Shown here: one piece after another, positions 63,918-64,000 of the stretch | Numbering within the stretch: position 1 is the stretch's first letter | Layout: every line of letters begins with the position of its first letter | Virus record (IMG/VR): IMGVR_UViG_3300034082_002867 | Span: 1 to 64,000 of that record | Length of the DNA stretch: 64,000 bases | DNA from: a virus | Lineage: Duplodnaviria; Caudoviricetes | Strand: one strand, 5' to 3' | Position numbers and translations under genes: made by a program | The notes under the pieces: model-generated | The model's input: only the letters and a program-made list of their open reading frames with translations | Told to the model about the DNA's origin: nothing | Database searches by the model: none

Positions 63918-64000
63918 AAATCAACCGAAGCGTTTTTACAATTATCTTTAAACTTTTCTGTGCCATATTTTTCTATGTCATGAATACATCCTATCTGAGA

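Noticed and set aside
1-64000. Stop-codon reassignment or suppressor tRNAs
   Set aside because: Long conserved genes are intact in code 11; no CUA/UCA/UUA anticodons found
1-64000. CRISPR array, IS or integrase
   Set aside because: No regularly spaced repeats or transposase/integrase motifs seen; the Cas4-like nuclease at 44649 lies in a replication operon

Overview
AT-rich segment of a large tailed (jumbo-type) bacteriophage genome in the standard genetic code. Nearly all genes are on the minus strand; only an HNH gene (2009) and a secreted EF-hand gene (15136) appear real on plus. Layout: (1-3.8 kb) tRNA array including a tRNA-Leu(UAA) split by a 287-nt group I intron, two HNH genes, repeated promoter+boxA-like modules and several unexplained structured RNAs; (3.8-24.8 kb) accessory genes (RuvB-like, SET domain, two deaminases, GIY-YIG, ThyX, C5 MTase, pseudopilin, rIIA/rIIB, UvdE) and an isolated atypical tRNA-Gly; (24.9-31.3 kb) envelope/signalling block (beta-barrel OMP, ankyrin-nucleotide cyclase, MscS-like, lipoprotein) plus tRNA-Gln and tRNA-Ser(ACU); (31.8-50.4 kb) dUTPase, glycosyltransferases, tubulin/FtsZ-family GTPase, ClpC-like ATPase, Pol III alpha split into PHP / exonuclease / core genes, primase, DnaB, RecA; (50.5-55.1 kb) conserved phage hypotheticals and class II RNR; (55.1-64 kb) sugar-nucleotide and glycosyltransferase cluster. 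Two promoter classes are readable: TTGAC(A/T)-N16-TAnnnT, and a recurrent GTGTAA box exactly 8 nt before start codons. A Verrucomicrobia/PVC host is inferred from protein style only. All annotations are by eye; no database searches were run.
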